From NCBI GenBank assembly GCA_043228905.1, contig JBHGNT010000008.1:22382001-22446000 (forward strand): a stretch of DNA of 64,000 nucleotides. The letters run 5' to 3'. Positions 1 through 12,240 of this stretch are shown here, piece by piece. Each line of letters begins with the position of its first letter. The first letter of the stretch is position 1. Origin of the DNA: Azolla caroliniana. Its lineage: Eukaryota; Plantae; Polypodiophyta. The notes under the pieces are model-generated. The model was not told the DNA's origin. It did no database searches and worked only from the letters and a program-made list of their open reading frames with translations. Position numbers and translations under genes: made by a program.

Positions 1-916
1 ACAACCTCTTGATTGGTGGACATATCAAGGAACAGAAATGAGGCAAGTAATACACTGAAAACACTGAAAACTTGGAGCAAATGTTACTCAATTTTCAAGT
101 GGTAAGTGGTTTGTTATTAAAGTTGAATCTTCCAACAACTAGTTTTGAATATTTGTGAGACAATGTGTTCAGTTATCACATTCTTCATTCAAGTGTTGAT
201 CATATAATTGGGATAAATATATTTATGGATGGAGTTGATGATAGCAATTGGTTGTGAGAATTGGACTTGAAACTTGTGTCATAAGTGCTTCCAAATGTTC
301 TAACTATTTTTCTTATTATTCTTGAAAGGCTCATTGCAAATGTATTTGTTTTTGTTTGTTCTTAGTGATTTGTGCTCTTCTTGGGAATGGTTCTCTTTGT
401 ATTCTAGCCTTCATTCTAAATAAGTTTTGCTCATAAGATCTTAAGAGATGATAGTTTGGTTTATTTTTGAAGACGTCACTTGGTAGTAGAGATGTATTAG
501 CATAGTATAGCAGTTCTTATCATAAACCCTGTACTTTTCAGTATTGTCATTGGGGTGCGTTTCCCCTAGAGGCTAGAGCATTAGTGAGTCAACTGGATGG
601 GGAGCCATAGGCTGCGAGAACTCATGGTTGCATGAACAATTGATGTGAACCTAAGTTTCCCCATTCATGATGCAGCTAGTGAGACATGTACCCACCATAA
701 TCTGTCTGTTTCTGATCAAAAGTGCGAAGTTTATAGTTACCACTGGTACCCAAGAATCAAAATTTCCGAATAGATCATTTTGTCTAGCTTATATAGCATA
801 TTTTATAGTATTTTAGCTAGTAATTTAAACAGCATTGTTTGCTTCGTCTATTTCCTTTCTTGGGCACTGAGTAAGAAAAAAAGAAGTGTGGTAATCATAT
901 ATTTTCTTCCTTCCAG

Positions 917-3072
917 GTGAGGCAAGATTGGAAAATATGAAGCCATATGAGCCTTATGGTTGGTCATCTAGGCAGTCTCTTGCAGCTACTAATACCAGTA
1001 GCAACAGCCCTGCCGGAGGAAGAAAGAATGTTGTTGGTGGTAGATACAACCGAGTTGAACCTCAGACACCTGTATCAAAGACAGGTATCTGGATCATGTA
1101 AAGAAATTTGAATGTATTTTCTTCTCTCAAAGTTGCATAACAGTTTTCTTTTGCTTATTCATGATATAGTTTCTCCTGTTCATAAGACTCAAACACCAGT
1201 CAGTTCCTGCCGTTATGACAACTCTCTTGGTAACATTGAATTTTCAGATAATGTATACTTTACTTTTCTGGTAGCATCCTTCTTAGTTATATGTTCTTGT
1301 TCTTCAGGGTTGCTGACAAAAAAGTTCATACATCTAATTAAGGAAGCTGAAGATGGAGTTCTTGATTTAAACAAAGCAGCTGATATGCTAGGAGTTAGTT
1401 TTACGGCCATTAACTAAATGATAACCATTGTTATTTAACGTTACTGAATGTAATCACAACTTTCAGGTTCAAAAGCGTAGAATCTATGACATTACAAATG
1501 TATTGGAAGGTGTTGGGCTTATTGAAAAGAAACTGAAAAACAGAATACAGTGGAAGTAAGTTTTCTTTATATTCTCTTGCAGATTGCATTTAAAAATGCT
1601 TTCTTGAGTTTAAAACTTTTTGTAGGGGCTTAGATTCTGCAGGCTCAAGTAATATGACCAATGAAGCTGGAATATTCAAGGTAGTAGAGTTGCAAAATGG
1701 TTTAGCCCTTTCTGTTTATTTTACCTGACAAATATGCTGGCTATATTTGCATCATAGGCAGACATTGAAACCTTGCTTCTACAAGAGAGGAAGCTAGATG
1801 ATTCTATCAGGTCTGCTATTAAAAACTTAATCGACATTTTTGTTTTTTCTGCTATGGCCCAGTAGACTGAAAGATGTGAAAATGCATTTAGAGAGGCGCG
1901 AGAACGATTGAGGATACTCAGTGAGGATGAAAATAATAAGCAGTATCCTCTATTATGTTTGAAATTTGAATTTCTAACTAGATTTGGCCTCTTTGCTCTA
2001 TACATTCCTTAATCCTTCACGTGATGTAGATGGCTTTACGTTACAGAAGAAGACATAAAAAGCTTGCAATGTTTTCAGGTCAGATTTCATCCTACACGTA
2101 TACATGAGCGAAAGAAATTTCTAAATACTCAAATCTGCTTTGGTTATGTATAGAATCAAACTCTGATTGCTATAAAGGCACCCCATGGAACCACTTTGGA
2201 AGTTCCTGATCCTAACGAGGTATTGTCAAGTGGGTGAATTTTAATATGAGAGATTATATTTCCTTTGCCTGGAATTGTTTTAAAGATGCCAAAATTGCTC
2301 GGAACATAGGCTGTCGACTATCCACAAAAGCGATACCAGATACTCCTGCAAAGTGCAACAGGACCCATAGATGTTTATCTAGTGAGGTGTGTATATCTTT
2401 GGATTCCGAAGTCATGCATCTTACAGAGTTTTCGTATATAACCGGTATCACTCATGAATATTTTTTGCAGCCAATTTGAAGAAAAGTTTGAGGAGGTGGC
2501 AAATGTTGAAACCATTCCTGTAGACACAGTTATGCAGGCTGCTTCTACTGAAACATTTGGCAGCACTGCAGTACAGATTCTTCCAGATTCCCATGTGACA
2601 TCTGATTTACCTGAGACGCTTGACAATAGGGATTCCTTTTATTCTCAACTTGCGAGTCATCATCAAGACATTGGAGGAATTATGAGAATTCTTCCATCAG
2701 ATGTTAATGTAAGTATTTGACTGCTGTCAAATATGCTAATTTTAGCACATATAATATTGGTTTTATGTCTATAGATTGCCTGCTCTCTTTCCTACAGGTG
2801 GATGCTGATTACTGGCTTCTTTCTGATGGCGGCGTTGGAATAACAGATATGTGGAGAAGTGATTGTATCCTTGAGAGCTATTTTTGGCACTTTCTGGTTG
2901 TTGTTCGTACATGTGCTGGTGCTGAATAGAGAATGTAGGACCTTGACTTGGTTTAGCTCCCAACTCTCATTGGGATGATGTTGTTAACCTTGTAGTAGAT
3001 GAGTTTGAGATGGCGGGTGATGGAGGTGCTCATCCTCAAATTCCTTCCATACCAATGAATTCACATTTGTGA
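917..3072 (+). CDS. E2F: E2F transcription factor (typical E2Fa/b-like), spliced; 5' exon(s) probably upstream of 917 or outside the window
   Basis: Exons read by eye with GT..AG ends and consistent phase: 917-1084, 1170-1229, 1308-1393, 1467-1555, 1626-1680, 1758-1810, 1892-1942, 2030-2078, 2154-2219, 2310-2386, 2471-2708, 2798-2864, 2957-3072 (TGA). The joined protein has the DNA-binding domain [58 protein letters not shown], the marked box [38 protein letters not shown], and the plant RB-binding motif [14 protein letters not shown]. Confidence 0.95.
1943..2029 (+). other. U12-type (minor spliceosome) GT-AG intron in E2F
   Basis: 5' splice site GTATCCTC; branch-point-like TTCCTTAAT/TCCTTCAC at 2005-2020, close to the AG; no polypyrimidine tract before the AG. 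Confidence 0.8.
2865..2956 (+). other. U12-type GT-AG intron in E2F (last intron)
   Basis: 5' splice site GTATCCTT; branch-point-like ACCTTGAC at 2940-2947, 9 nt before the intron end. Confidence 0.8.
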
Positions 3073-4044
3073 CATCCGAGAGATGTGTACATTGCAATGC
3101 GATTACACGATTCAGGTTGGGATCATCATCTACCAAGGTTCATGTGTAACTTCTAGGAAGTTGTAATGACTTGAAATGGGATGGGTGCATAGTTATATAG
3201 TACGTGCTGAGAAGTTGTGAATCACCATCTCTGCCTGCCTATTGGTATTTTATGGTAAACCACATGTAATGAAGTTTGTGTATCATTGGAAGGCATCTTG
3301 TGCCAAGAACATGAAGCCTACATGGGCTGATTCATTCACAAAATAAGGGCTTTTCTTCAATGAAATGGCTTTCTTCCATGAATAATACATCTTGCATGTT
3401 TATATGTTACATTGCACTGTTGTAAGCTGTCTCACCCTTGCAATTATTCTGATTTAAAATGATATTCTCTACTTGCTTACATCCATTCTGTTGTATCATT
3501 GAAGGGCTGTGCCTATCCTCTAATGTCAAGGCACTTACCAATTCTGCCAATGGCCGGTATGAAATGGAGTGTATCAATTTATGATATCTTAGCTTTGATA
3601 TTAGGATGGAAAGTACTTACATTCTTTTTCAGATGTGCTGAAAAGCCTTGTCTGTTAGTGCTTGTTGAGGGCCTCTTCTCAAGTTCTTCTGGACTAGGTT
3701 AACAAAAAGCTTGGATATGTGAAAGGCATTTGTGATTCTGTAGTAATATGGTCTTTTTCCTTTTGGTAACAATCCAATTCCATGGTGATCTTGAAGTGAC
3801 TCTCCCTTATGACTCTTACATCCACAGATTATATAAGTGGGGCCCAAGAAAAGAGGTTAAATACCCACCACTTACATATGTTTTGTTAATATTTTAAGAC
3901 CTTGCCACCACTAATGCCATTTGTGTGAAGAAAGTATATACAAAAGTTAATTCATACAATGCAGAATTATTAATGGCTTTCTAACTAGAAAGTATCCGTG
4001 CCAATATTAACCAAAGTATATTAATATGCTAATTATGATTTTAC

Positions 4045-5080
4045 TTTTGGCCTTTCGGCTCATAGCCGATCCAGCTTCAGGCATTTAGCCAATATGGCTT
4101 TAAGCTTCCATGTTGAGCATGCCTTCTCAACACTCCCCCTCAAGCTCAAGTTGGGGGTTCTATTTGTTTGCACTGTTGGTTCGCCGCTCTGGCTCCTGCT
4201 AGCTCTCCTCTTGGCCCATGCATCTTGACCTGTTTGGTTGGCTTGTCTACGCCATTGGCTCTCTATTTGGCGCTTTTTGATCTGTCGGCGCACCGCATCA
4301 ACATCGGCTTCAATTGTCCTCTCGCTTGCTCGACCTCTATTTGATTCGGCATGTCCAAATCATCCGGTTTATCTGAATCGACTGTCTCCCGCTCGGCTTT
4401 CTGCTCGGCTCGTTCTCCTCCGATCTCCCCTTATCAAGTGCAGCATGTCGAGCATTTTTGAGAAATGCTGCAACTTGTCTAGTCCTAGTGCCTTTGTGAA
4501 GATGTCAGCCATTTTCCAATCTGTTCGAACATATCATAGTTCGACTTCGTCGCTAACAATCGACAACGGTTCAGTTTGAGAGGGTCTAAACCGAACCGTT
4601 TCTTTTTTTAAAAACTTGTACCGAATCGAGAAACCATTAAATTGATTCGTTAAACATTTTTCAAACCGTTAAACCATTAAACTATAAAAACCGCGGTTTC
4701 GTGGTTCGGTTTCGGTTTTCAACATAGGTCAAAATTTTAATTTTTTAAAATTTATAATATTTCATTATTTAGAATTTTTAGAATTTTTAAGATGTTCCTA
4801 AAATGTGAGAATAAGGTGTAAAAACAAAATTTAAATTTTTTTAGAATTTTTTTTACATAAAATTAAAAACCGTTAAACTATTAAAACCACGGTTTTTGAT
4901 TGTTGAAACCAAACAGAAACCGAACCAAACTTTTTAAGAAAACCTGAACTTGAACCGAACCAAACCGAACCATTGAAACCGTTAAGACGTTAAACTGCGG
5001 TTTCCCGGTTGCGAACCGTTGCTGATTGTTATTCATCGCTGAAGTCACGCTCGTGCACGAATGAAGTGATAATGCACTTT
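4045..5080 (-). mobile_element. Ty1/Copia remnant: RNase H C-terminus, PPT and start of 3' LTR, interrupted by a MITE
   Basis: Minus strand reads VHYHFIR (about 5050-5075) and YVRTD..ADIFTKALGLDK (about 4470-4535). PPT GAGGGGGAG (4133-4141) is directly followed by the LTR start TGTTGAG at 4132. Confidence 0.8.
4554..5031. mobile_element. Non-autonomous DNA transposon (hAT-type MITE, 478 bp)
   Basis: Imperfect 19-bp TIRs: TAACAATCGACAACGGTTC versus the reverse complement of the right end, TAACAATCAGCAACGGTTC. 8-bp TSD TTCGTCGC (4546-4553) / TTCATCGC (5032-5039), one mismatch. Many subterminal AAACCG/CGGTTT motifs; AT-rich core. Confidence 0.8.
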
Positions 5081-5222
5081 CTTGCAAGGGATCCGAGATC
5101 GCAACTATTGTGGCGCGTTTCCCTTTTAAGGATGCTCTTATCGAGTCGGGCTAATCGTTCTGGGTATTACGTCTATTTGCTTTGTGCACTTTGGGTCGAT
5201 GCCTAGACCGAAACTATCAAAC

Positions 5223-5331
5223 GGACCTAAGATCAGGCGAGACTACCTGTTGAGTTTAAGCATATCACTAAACGGAGGAAAAGAAGCTAACAAGGATTTC
5301 CTTGGTTGCGGCGATTGAACCGGAAAGAGCT
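5223..5331 (+). pseudogene. Degenerate fragment of the 5' end of nuclear 25S/26S (LSU) rRNA; 5081-5222 is probably the adjoining ITS2
   Basis: GGACCTAAGATCAGGCGAGACTACCTGTTGAGTTTAAGCATATCACTAAACGGAGGAAAAGAAGCTAACAAGGATTTCC matches the conserved LSU 5' end, including the ITS4 primer region, with several substitutions. It is cut off by an LTR at 5332. Confidence 0.88.
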
Positions 5332-6639
5332 CGTTGAGCAAGCAAGCTCAACTTGGGCCGGACTAGCTGAAGAAGCTGAGAACCGGATCGGATCGGACCG
5401 ATCGGTTAGGCCCGGATTGGCTAAAGAAGCAAGGAGCTGGATCAGACGGAGACCAATCAGCGAGGCCAGATTTGGCTCCTCGGATCGGCGGCAACCAGAA
5501 GACCGTTGGATAGACATTTCGTGAGGGAATATTTGTGGGAGTTAGTGTAGGAGCTCATTTATGAGCATTGAAGTATATGTGAGTACTTTTGTCAGTCCTT
5601 TATGGACTTCATAAAAGTGCTCATTGAGCACATTATATGCACAGAACATAGCGTATTGTTTTGAATAGAGTTCTGGTTGCCTTGCTCTCTATCTCTCTCT
5701 CTTATCTCTCTCACCCTCACCTACTCTGTGTGTTCTATTTTGTGTATTCTATTTGCTACCTGACTGAGCTGGTTGTGGTTTGGTTTTAGCTTCCGCACAA
5801 TACTTTCTACATGGTATTAGAGCGCGAGGGTTAGAACATCCTCTGCTGTTGGCAAGAACATTCAAACACAGAGCCAAGGAAGTTATTTTGTCGAAAAACA
5901 GAAGACAAATGGACAAAGGTATGGGAAGCTCACTTCCGACAGAGAAGCTCGACAGAAGCAACTACGCATCTCAGTCATACAAGATGCACTAGTACCTGCT
6001 TGGACATAGGTACTAGAGTTATGTCGAAGGAGCGAACGATGCAGCACTGGACACAACGCACGAGGACTTTCTAGTCTGTGAGCAGGCGGCAAGCAGAGCA
6101 ATGTAGTGAGTCGCATCCAACGTTGGTGATCATCTACTCAGATATATTTGGGATGCCAAGATGCCCAAAGATGCTTGGACAAACCTAAAGAAGGTTTTTG
6201 CGGTAAGCACAATGACCAGGAACCTAGGACTCTGCCAAAAGCTCAACAATGCCTGACAAAAAGATCTATCTGTGGCCGATTATATGGCCTGAATCAAGGA
6301 TATTTGCGACTCTGTTGCCTCCATCAACGTGACCGTCGAGGAGGAAATGGTGCAGGTCTGTGTCGATGGTCGGATCATTCCGAATGACTATCTGCATGAG
6401 AGAGAAGTTCCCGTCGTTTTTTGATTTACAATAAATGCTCCTTGTAGAGGAGAACCACACAGGTGCGTCCACGAGGGAGCACTCCGACCTCAAGATGCTA
6501 TACACGGAGGAGCATAGGCCACATAGTCGTGGTGTACAAGGAAGGCTGGCATGCAATGGAGGGGCCGACAAGAGCAAAATCGAAGGCAAAATCGTACCGT
6601 CGACAACAATTCCAGACCCTCCACGAGTAGGGGGAGTCG
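5332..6639 (+). mobile_element. Ty1/Copia remnant: 5' LTR (5332-5811), PBS and degenerate gag
   Basis: LTR begins cGTTGAG..CTCAAC and ends CA at 5811. PBS TGGTATTAGAGC at 5812-5823 (tRNA-iMet type). Gag peptides MGSSLPTEKLDRSNYAS and FPSFFDLQ*MLLVEENH, with stops and frameshifts. Confidence 0.85.
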
Positions 6640-6662
6640 AGGGTTTAGGGTTTAGGGTTTAG
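6640..6662 (+). repeat. Interstitial plant telomeric repeat (TTTAGGG), about 3 units
   Basis: AGGGTTTAGGGTTTAGGGTTTAG lies exactly at the junction between the Copia gag and the Penelope-like RT remnant. Confidence 0.8.
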
Positions 6663-8050
6663 ACACATGTACCCTATATTGGTACTGGTGAATGCACCAC
6701 CATCCACCCCCATACCTCCACTTATGGGACAATCAAAGCCCCACCCAACGACACACCCCATCTGCGCCTACAACAACTACGTTTTTGAATAAGCCTCCAA
6801 ATGACACCATCTACTACACCCCATCCTACTATCCAAAAACAATACCTCAAAGGCTCCCAAACACTCGTCAAAGACCTAGCACACCACACTTTTCCCAAAT
6901 CTTGCACACTCTTTTCTTTTGATATAGTACAATTATATCCTAGCATACCTACCATGGAAGGTTTATTAGTTAAAAAAATCCATCGCACATCACTTTCCAC
7001 CACACAAAACCGAGATCATTATGAATGTCAGAGAGCTTATACTTAGGAATAATTACTTCTCCTTTAATAACACTTTTTGGTTACAAATTAAAGGCACCGC
7101 AATGGGCAACAATTTTCCCATTGTTTACGCTTGTTTGTTTCTTTCGCAGCTAGAAGAGGATAACCAAGCTTTCCAAACACTGTAACTACTCTACTACAAG
7201 CGCTACATTGACGATGCCATAGGAGTTTGGGAAGGTGCCCCCGACACACTCCACACCTTCTTGCACCAATACGACGTGCCTCTACAATAGCACATTCGTA
7301 TTGAACCAACAACCTCACCCAAAGAGATCGCCATCTTGGACGTCGTTTTCTTCAAAGGCCCATAGTTTAAAGAATTCGGCATCCTCGACACCGCGTGCCA
7401 CCAAAAACCTCTCAATGCCTACATGTACCTCCCGTGGAAATCCTCACACCCCATAGCACACAAAAAGGGCTTTACCACGGGAGAGCTAAAACGGTATGCT
7501 ATATAGGAGAGCTTGAAAACAATTTCATGGAATTACGTAAAAAGTTCTACGATTGTTTAAGAGCTAGGGGCCACCCTTCGAATTTCCTACTCAAATGCTT
7601 CTTGACTGTCCCATACTCCTTACGAACCCAACTACTCTCCAACAAATCTAACAACAAAAAACCTCCACCCGTAGTATTAAATCTTTGTTATTCCCCATGT
7701 ATCAAAAAACTCCAAATCGGTGCACTTGTGAGAGGCAAACTTAAAACCCTTCTAGGACAACCTCAATATACGTCCCTTACATCCCCTTTCACATTTTGGC
7801 CAAATGATAAAAAACTAAGAAACGACTTAGTACACTCATCCTTTCCCCCCACCTAAAGTTTTGTATACACTATGACACCCTTCTTTTTTATATATACCTT
7901 CCACCCTCATATGTCCCACCTAATTTTTTTTAATGATTTTTTAAGATTTCTTATGAATCTTTGTTAACGATTTTTATTGTTTTAATTATATTCGAATCCC
8001 CAAACCCTAATCCACATCCTCTCTCCCCGTTGTAACTCTTTGTCTAAACC
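6663..8050 (+). mobile_element. 5'-truncated, degenerate Penelope-like (endonuclease-less) RT; coding remnant about 6750-7856
   Basis: Frame-shifted peptides PICAYNNYVF, QYLKGSQTL, FSFDIVQLYPSIP, GTAMG, YKRYIDDAIGVW, HQKPLNAYMYLPWKSSHP, LRARGHP, KKLRNDLVHS*. These are homologous to the ORFs at 18063-19751 and 42110-43978. No GIY-YIG domain follows. The right boundary is approximate. Confidence 0.85.
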
Positions 8051-8134
8051 TCATATTTTAATTTGCTTCTAATTTGGTTTTATTAAAGTTTTTAATCACA
8101 CAATATTTAACTAGGCCTTAAGTTGTTCAAACAC

Positions 8135-10787
8135 TGTTGAGAGATCAAGCTCAACTAGGGTTAGTTAGTCAACCATGTAACTTCGTAGTTACCTAGATAG
8201 AATCTAGTTACAAGTGTTGACTATAACGCCTTAAATAGGACCTTGTACTTAAGTAGGATATTCTAGATCCTCCACACAAGGTCATTTAATGTAGGACTTA
8301 CACGGTTGTACCTATATTCTCGTCACACATGTGCACCCTTGCACATGAGATCTATATATACCTCATTGATGGTATTTTTGTATTTGATGATGATGATGAT
8401 AATGCTAAGTTAATATAGAGTTAATCATCCCCCATCTTGTGTTGCTCATAAGTGCACTTCTCTCTCTCTCTCTCTCTCTTCCTCTCACACACATACACAC
8501 ACATATCACTTAATCTTCCGCTTAACTTAATCACATAATTAGGTACTAATTAACCCTTGCTTAATTACCTAATTCTTAACATGGTATCAGAGCGCGTGGT
8601 TTAGAAAATCCACTAAGCCCACCCAACTTCGTGATTGTGTGTTCGGGATGCCTATGACAAAATCTGGCTATCAGCTACTGTAGTGCCGCTACGTAACACG
8701 TGTACGTGACCGAAGGAAGGAAAGTAAAAAGGGAAGACATGACAATCAACATGAACACACAAATGGGTAGCTCGCTCCCTAGTGAAAAGCTAGACCGAAA
8801 CAATTATTCATCTTGGGAGTACAAGATGAACCAATACCTTGTTGTCCAAGGGTATTAGAGCTACATCAACGACACTCAAGAAAATCGACCTGACCAAAAG
8901 AACGCCGACTACTCAACATGGAAGCAAGCGGCTAGTCGAGTCATGTATTGCTTGGCAACATGTGTCCACGACCACATGCTTAGCCACATTCGAGATACCA
9001 AGAAGCCTAAAGAAGTGTGGACGAACTCTATGACAACACGACCACCCGAAAGCTTCAACTCCGACAAGAGTTAAACAACATTTGGCAAAAAGATATGTCC
9101 GTGTCGGACTACACAACCAAGATCAAGAGCATTTGCGACTCGCTTGGCTCCATCGATATAATCATCGATGAAGACGAGATGGTTCAAGTATGCTTGGGCG
9201 GCCTCACACAACGATTCGACTCATTGAGGACGACAATCTTGGTGAGGGAAATCCCTCCTTCGTTCTTCGACCTTCAATCAATGCTATTGGTTGAAGAGAA
9301 GCACGTCCAAACCAAAACCAAGACATTGGAAGGACAAATGTTCTTCTCGAGTTCGGATGGTGTCCGAGAACGAAGTTGAAGTGGTAGAAGAGGTCAATTC
9401 GGCCCTTCACACGAAAGGAACTCAAACCGTCACGAAAGCCATCGAGGAACCTTCGGAAGAAGGGGGAGCTTCCATGCCGAACAAGGTTGGCAAATGAGGC
9501 CCGCAACTTGCAACTATTGCGGAAAGATCGGCCATTGTGAAAAGGAGTGTCGGAGAAAGAGAAGCGAGTCGGCTTCGACAAGCTGACAACTTAGGAATTA
9601 CACCACCAACTCCGAATACAACGACTATGGCAGACAATTTGTAATGAGGCATAGAGCGAGCTCTATGACAGCTTCTGACTCCACGAGCACCTCCAACTCG
9701 GAAGACGTGTGGTTCGTCGATTCCGGGGCCTCATATCACATGACATCCCACGAAGAGTGGTTCAGTGATCTGCGCACGCTCGATCGACCCGACGTCATAG
9801 AGATGGCTGGCGACACCACACATCCCATACGACACATCGGCAATGTCCCATTTGGGAAAGAAGGCGAGCAAACTTGCATCAAAAATGGCTTGCACGTGCC
9901 CACAATAACGAATAATTTGGTTTCGGTCGGCCAAATCGTGGAGCAAGTATGCAAGTCCGCTTCAACAACGAAGGTTGTCTCATCAAGAAAGATGGCTGAC
10001 TCATAGCCAAGGGATGGAGAGACGACCGCATGTTCATCCTCAATTCGAACAAGGTGAAATTGGCCATGTATGCCAAAGGTTTCAAAACCGAGACAAGCAT
10101 CAAGTTGTGACACAAGAGAATCGGCCACATAAACCTCCAACGGCTTCAAGTGATGCAAACCAAGGGAGTCGTCATCGGACTTTTGACATTTGAGTCGAAA
10201 CGAGATGACCGAGTATGCGAAGCATGTCAACTCGGCAAACAACATCGACTCCCATTCCCGAAGGAGAGCTACACAAGCAAATCCCTCCTCGACGTCATAC
10301 ATTCGGATGTATGGGGACCGGCTCAAACGCCAATGATCGGCAGATGCCGATACTACGTCACCTTCATCGACGACCAGTCACGCTACACGTGGATCTTCCC
10401 GATGAAGAAGAAAGGTGAAGTGTTCTCCCATTTCCAAAAGCTCAGCACATTCGATGCCTACGATCGGACGGAGGAAATGAGTACTTCTCTGATGAATTCA
10501 CCTCCTACCTGCAAAGTGAAGGCATTCGGAGAGAATTCTCGTGCTGACATAAATGGAGTCGACGAAAGGAAGAATCGGCAAATACTCGAGGTAGCATGCG
10601 CCATGATGCATGAGAAGCACATGCCGAATTTCTATAGGGCTGAAGCGGCATCCTCGACCGTCTATCTCATGAACCGGTGCACCATTAATGGAGTGAATGA
10701 GCTAACTCCATATGAGCTCCTCGTCGGAAGGAAACCGATCTTGTCACACCTCAAGGTGTTCGGAAGCATTGCGAATGTACACATTGC
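8135..10787 (+). mobile_element. Ty1/Copia element, 3'-truncated: 5' LTR (8135-8581), PBS, degenerate gag-protease-integrase
   Basis: LTR TGTTGAG...TTAACA; PBS TGGTATCAGAGC at 8582-8593. Gag MGSSLPSEKLDRNNYSSWEYKM, zinc knuckle CNYCGKIGHCEKEC, protease WFVDSGASYHMT, CEACQLGKQHRLPF, integrase HSDVWGP..YYVTFIDD. Multiple stops and frameshifts. Confidence 0.93.
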
Positions 10788-11652
10788 TCAATCATTGGAA
10801 TCGAAGCTAATGAGAGACTCTATAATATCGAATAGAAAAATCATGTTTTTGATACTTAGGTCGAGAGACATGAAGAAAGAAGAAAAGATGAGGAGGGCGT
10901 AGACAAGAGCGCGTGGGTAAATGAAAATGTTGATAGTTGGCTCGTGTTGTATCGGATTTTTGTGTTCAAACATGCGATTTGAAGCTAACGAAACTAGATG
11001 TGATATGGTACTGATAAATAATGATTTTGAATATCAAGGAGAGGGACATGAATAAAGAAGCAAGGTTGAGGAGGGCGTGGACAAGAGCACCTATGTAAAT
11101 AAAAATGTTCATACTTGACCTGTGTGATATTAGATTTATGTGTTCAAACATGCGATTCGAAGCTAACGAAGCTAGCTGTGATATGGTACTGAAAAATAAT
11201 AATTTTGAAACTCAAGGCAAGAGAAATGAAGAAAAAAGCAAACTTGAGGAGGGCGTAGACAAGAGGGCGTGAGTAAATGAAAATGTTCATTGCTGTCTCG
11301 TGTCATATCGGATTTTAGTGTTCAAACATGCGAATCGAAGCTAATGACACACTGCAGAATATGCAATTGATAAGTCTAGTTTTTGAAACTCAGCTCAAGA
11401 GAAATGAAGAAAAATGCAAACTTGAGGATGGCATAGACAAGAGCGTGTGAGTAAATGAAAATGTTTATACCTGGCTCGTGTCATATCGGAATTTAATATT
11501 CAAACATGCGAATCGAAGCTAATGACACACTCTATAATATGGAATATAAAAATCATGATTTTGAAACTCAGGTCAAGAGTCATGAAAAAAGAAGAAAAGT
11601 TGAGGATGGCGTAGACAAGAGCGCGTGGGTAAATGAAAATGTTCATAGTTGG

Positions 11653-12240
11653 GTGTGGTTCAGTGATCTGCGCACGCTCGATCGACCTGACGTCATAGAG
11701 ATGGGCGTCGACACAAATGGAGTCGACGAAAGGAAGAATCGGCAAATACTCGAGGTAGCATGCGCCATGATGCATGAGAAGCACATACCGAATTTCTATA
11801 GGGCTGAAGCGGCATCCACGACCGTCTATCTCATGAACCGGTGCACCACTAATGGAGTGAATGAGCTAACTCCATACGAGCTCCTCGTAGGAAGGAAGCC
11901 GATCCTATCGCACCTCAAGGTGTTCGAAAGCATTGCGAATGTACTCATCCCGAATGAAAAACGATAGAAGCCCGACGCGACGTCGGAGGAATGTATCCTC
12001 ATAGGATACTCGTCCGAGAAGAAGGCATACAAGTGCTATAACCCTTCAACATGAGCGGTTAGAGTGAGTCGAGACATAGTCTTTGACGAATCGGCATCTT
12101 GGTATAAACCCAATTTGGCTCCACCCGACTTGACTAAGGAAGAGTTGGACATCAACTCGAAGGATGATATTCAGCCAAGCCCTTCACCAAAGCACCATCC
12201 AAGCTTTACCGAGCTAAGTGGACCACACGAGCCTCACATG
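11653..12240 (+). mobile_element. Rearranged Copia fragment: protease piece fused to the integrase C-terminal half
   Basis: 11653-11705 repeats about 9757-9806 and 11710-11945 repeats about 10546-10780. It then continues into ECILIGYSSEKKAYKCYNPS..VRVSRDIVFDESASWY. Confidence 0.88.

Noticed and set aside
1112-2929. Short ORFs as separate genes
   Set aside because: They are exon-plus-intron read-throughs or antisense shadows of the spliced E2F gene.
5223-5331. Functional rRNA gene
   Set aside because: Only about 110 nt, mutated at conserved positions, with no 18S, 5.8S or remaining LSU.
7856-8134. Hammerhead at the 3' end of the decayed Penelope-like remnant
   Set aside because: No CTGANGA..GAAA core found by eye on either strand.
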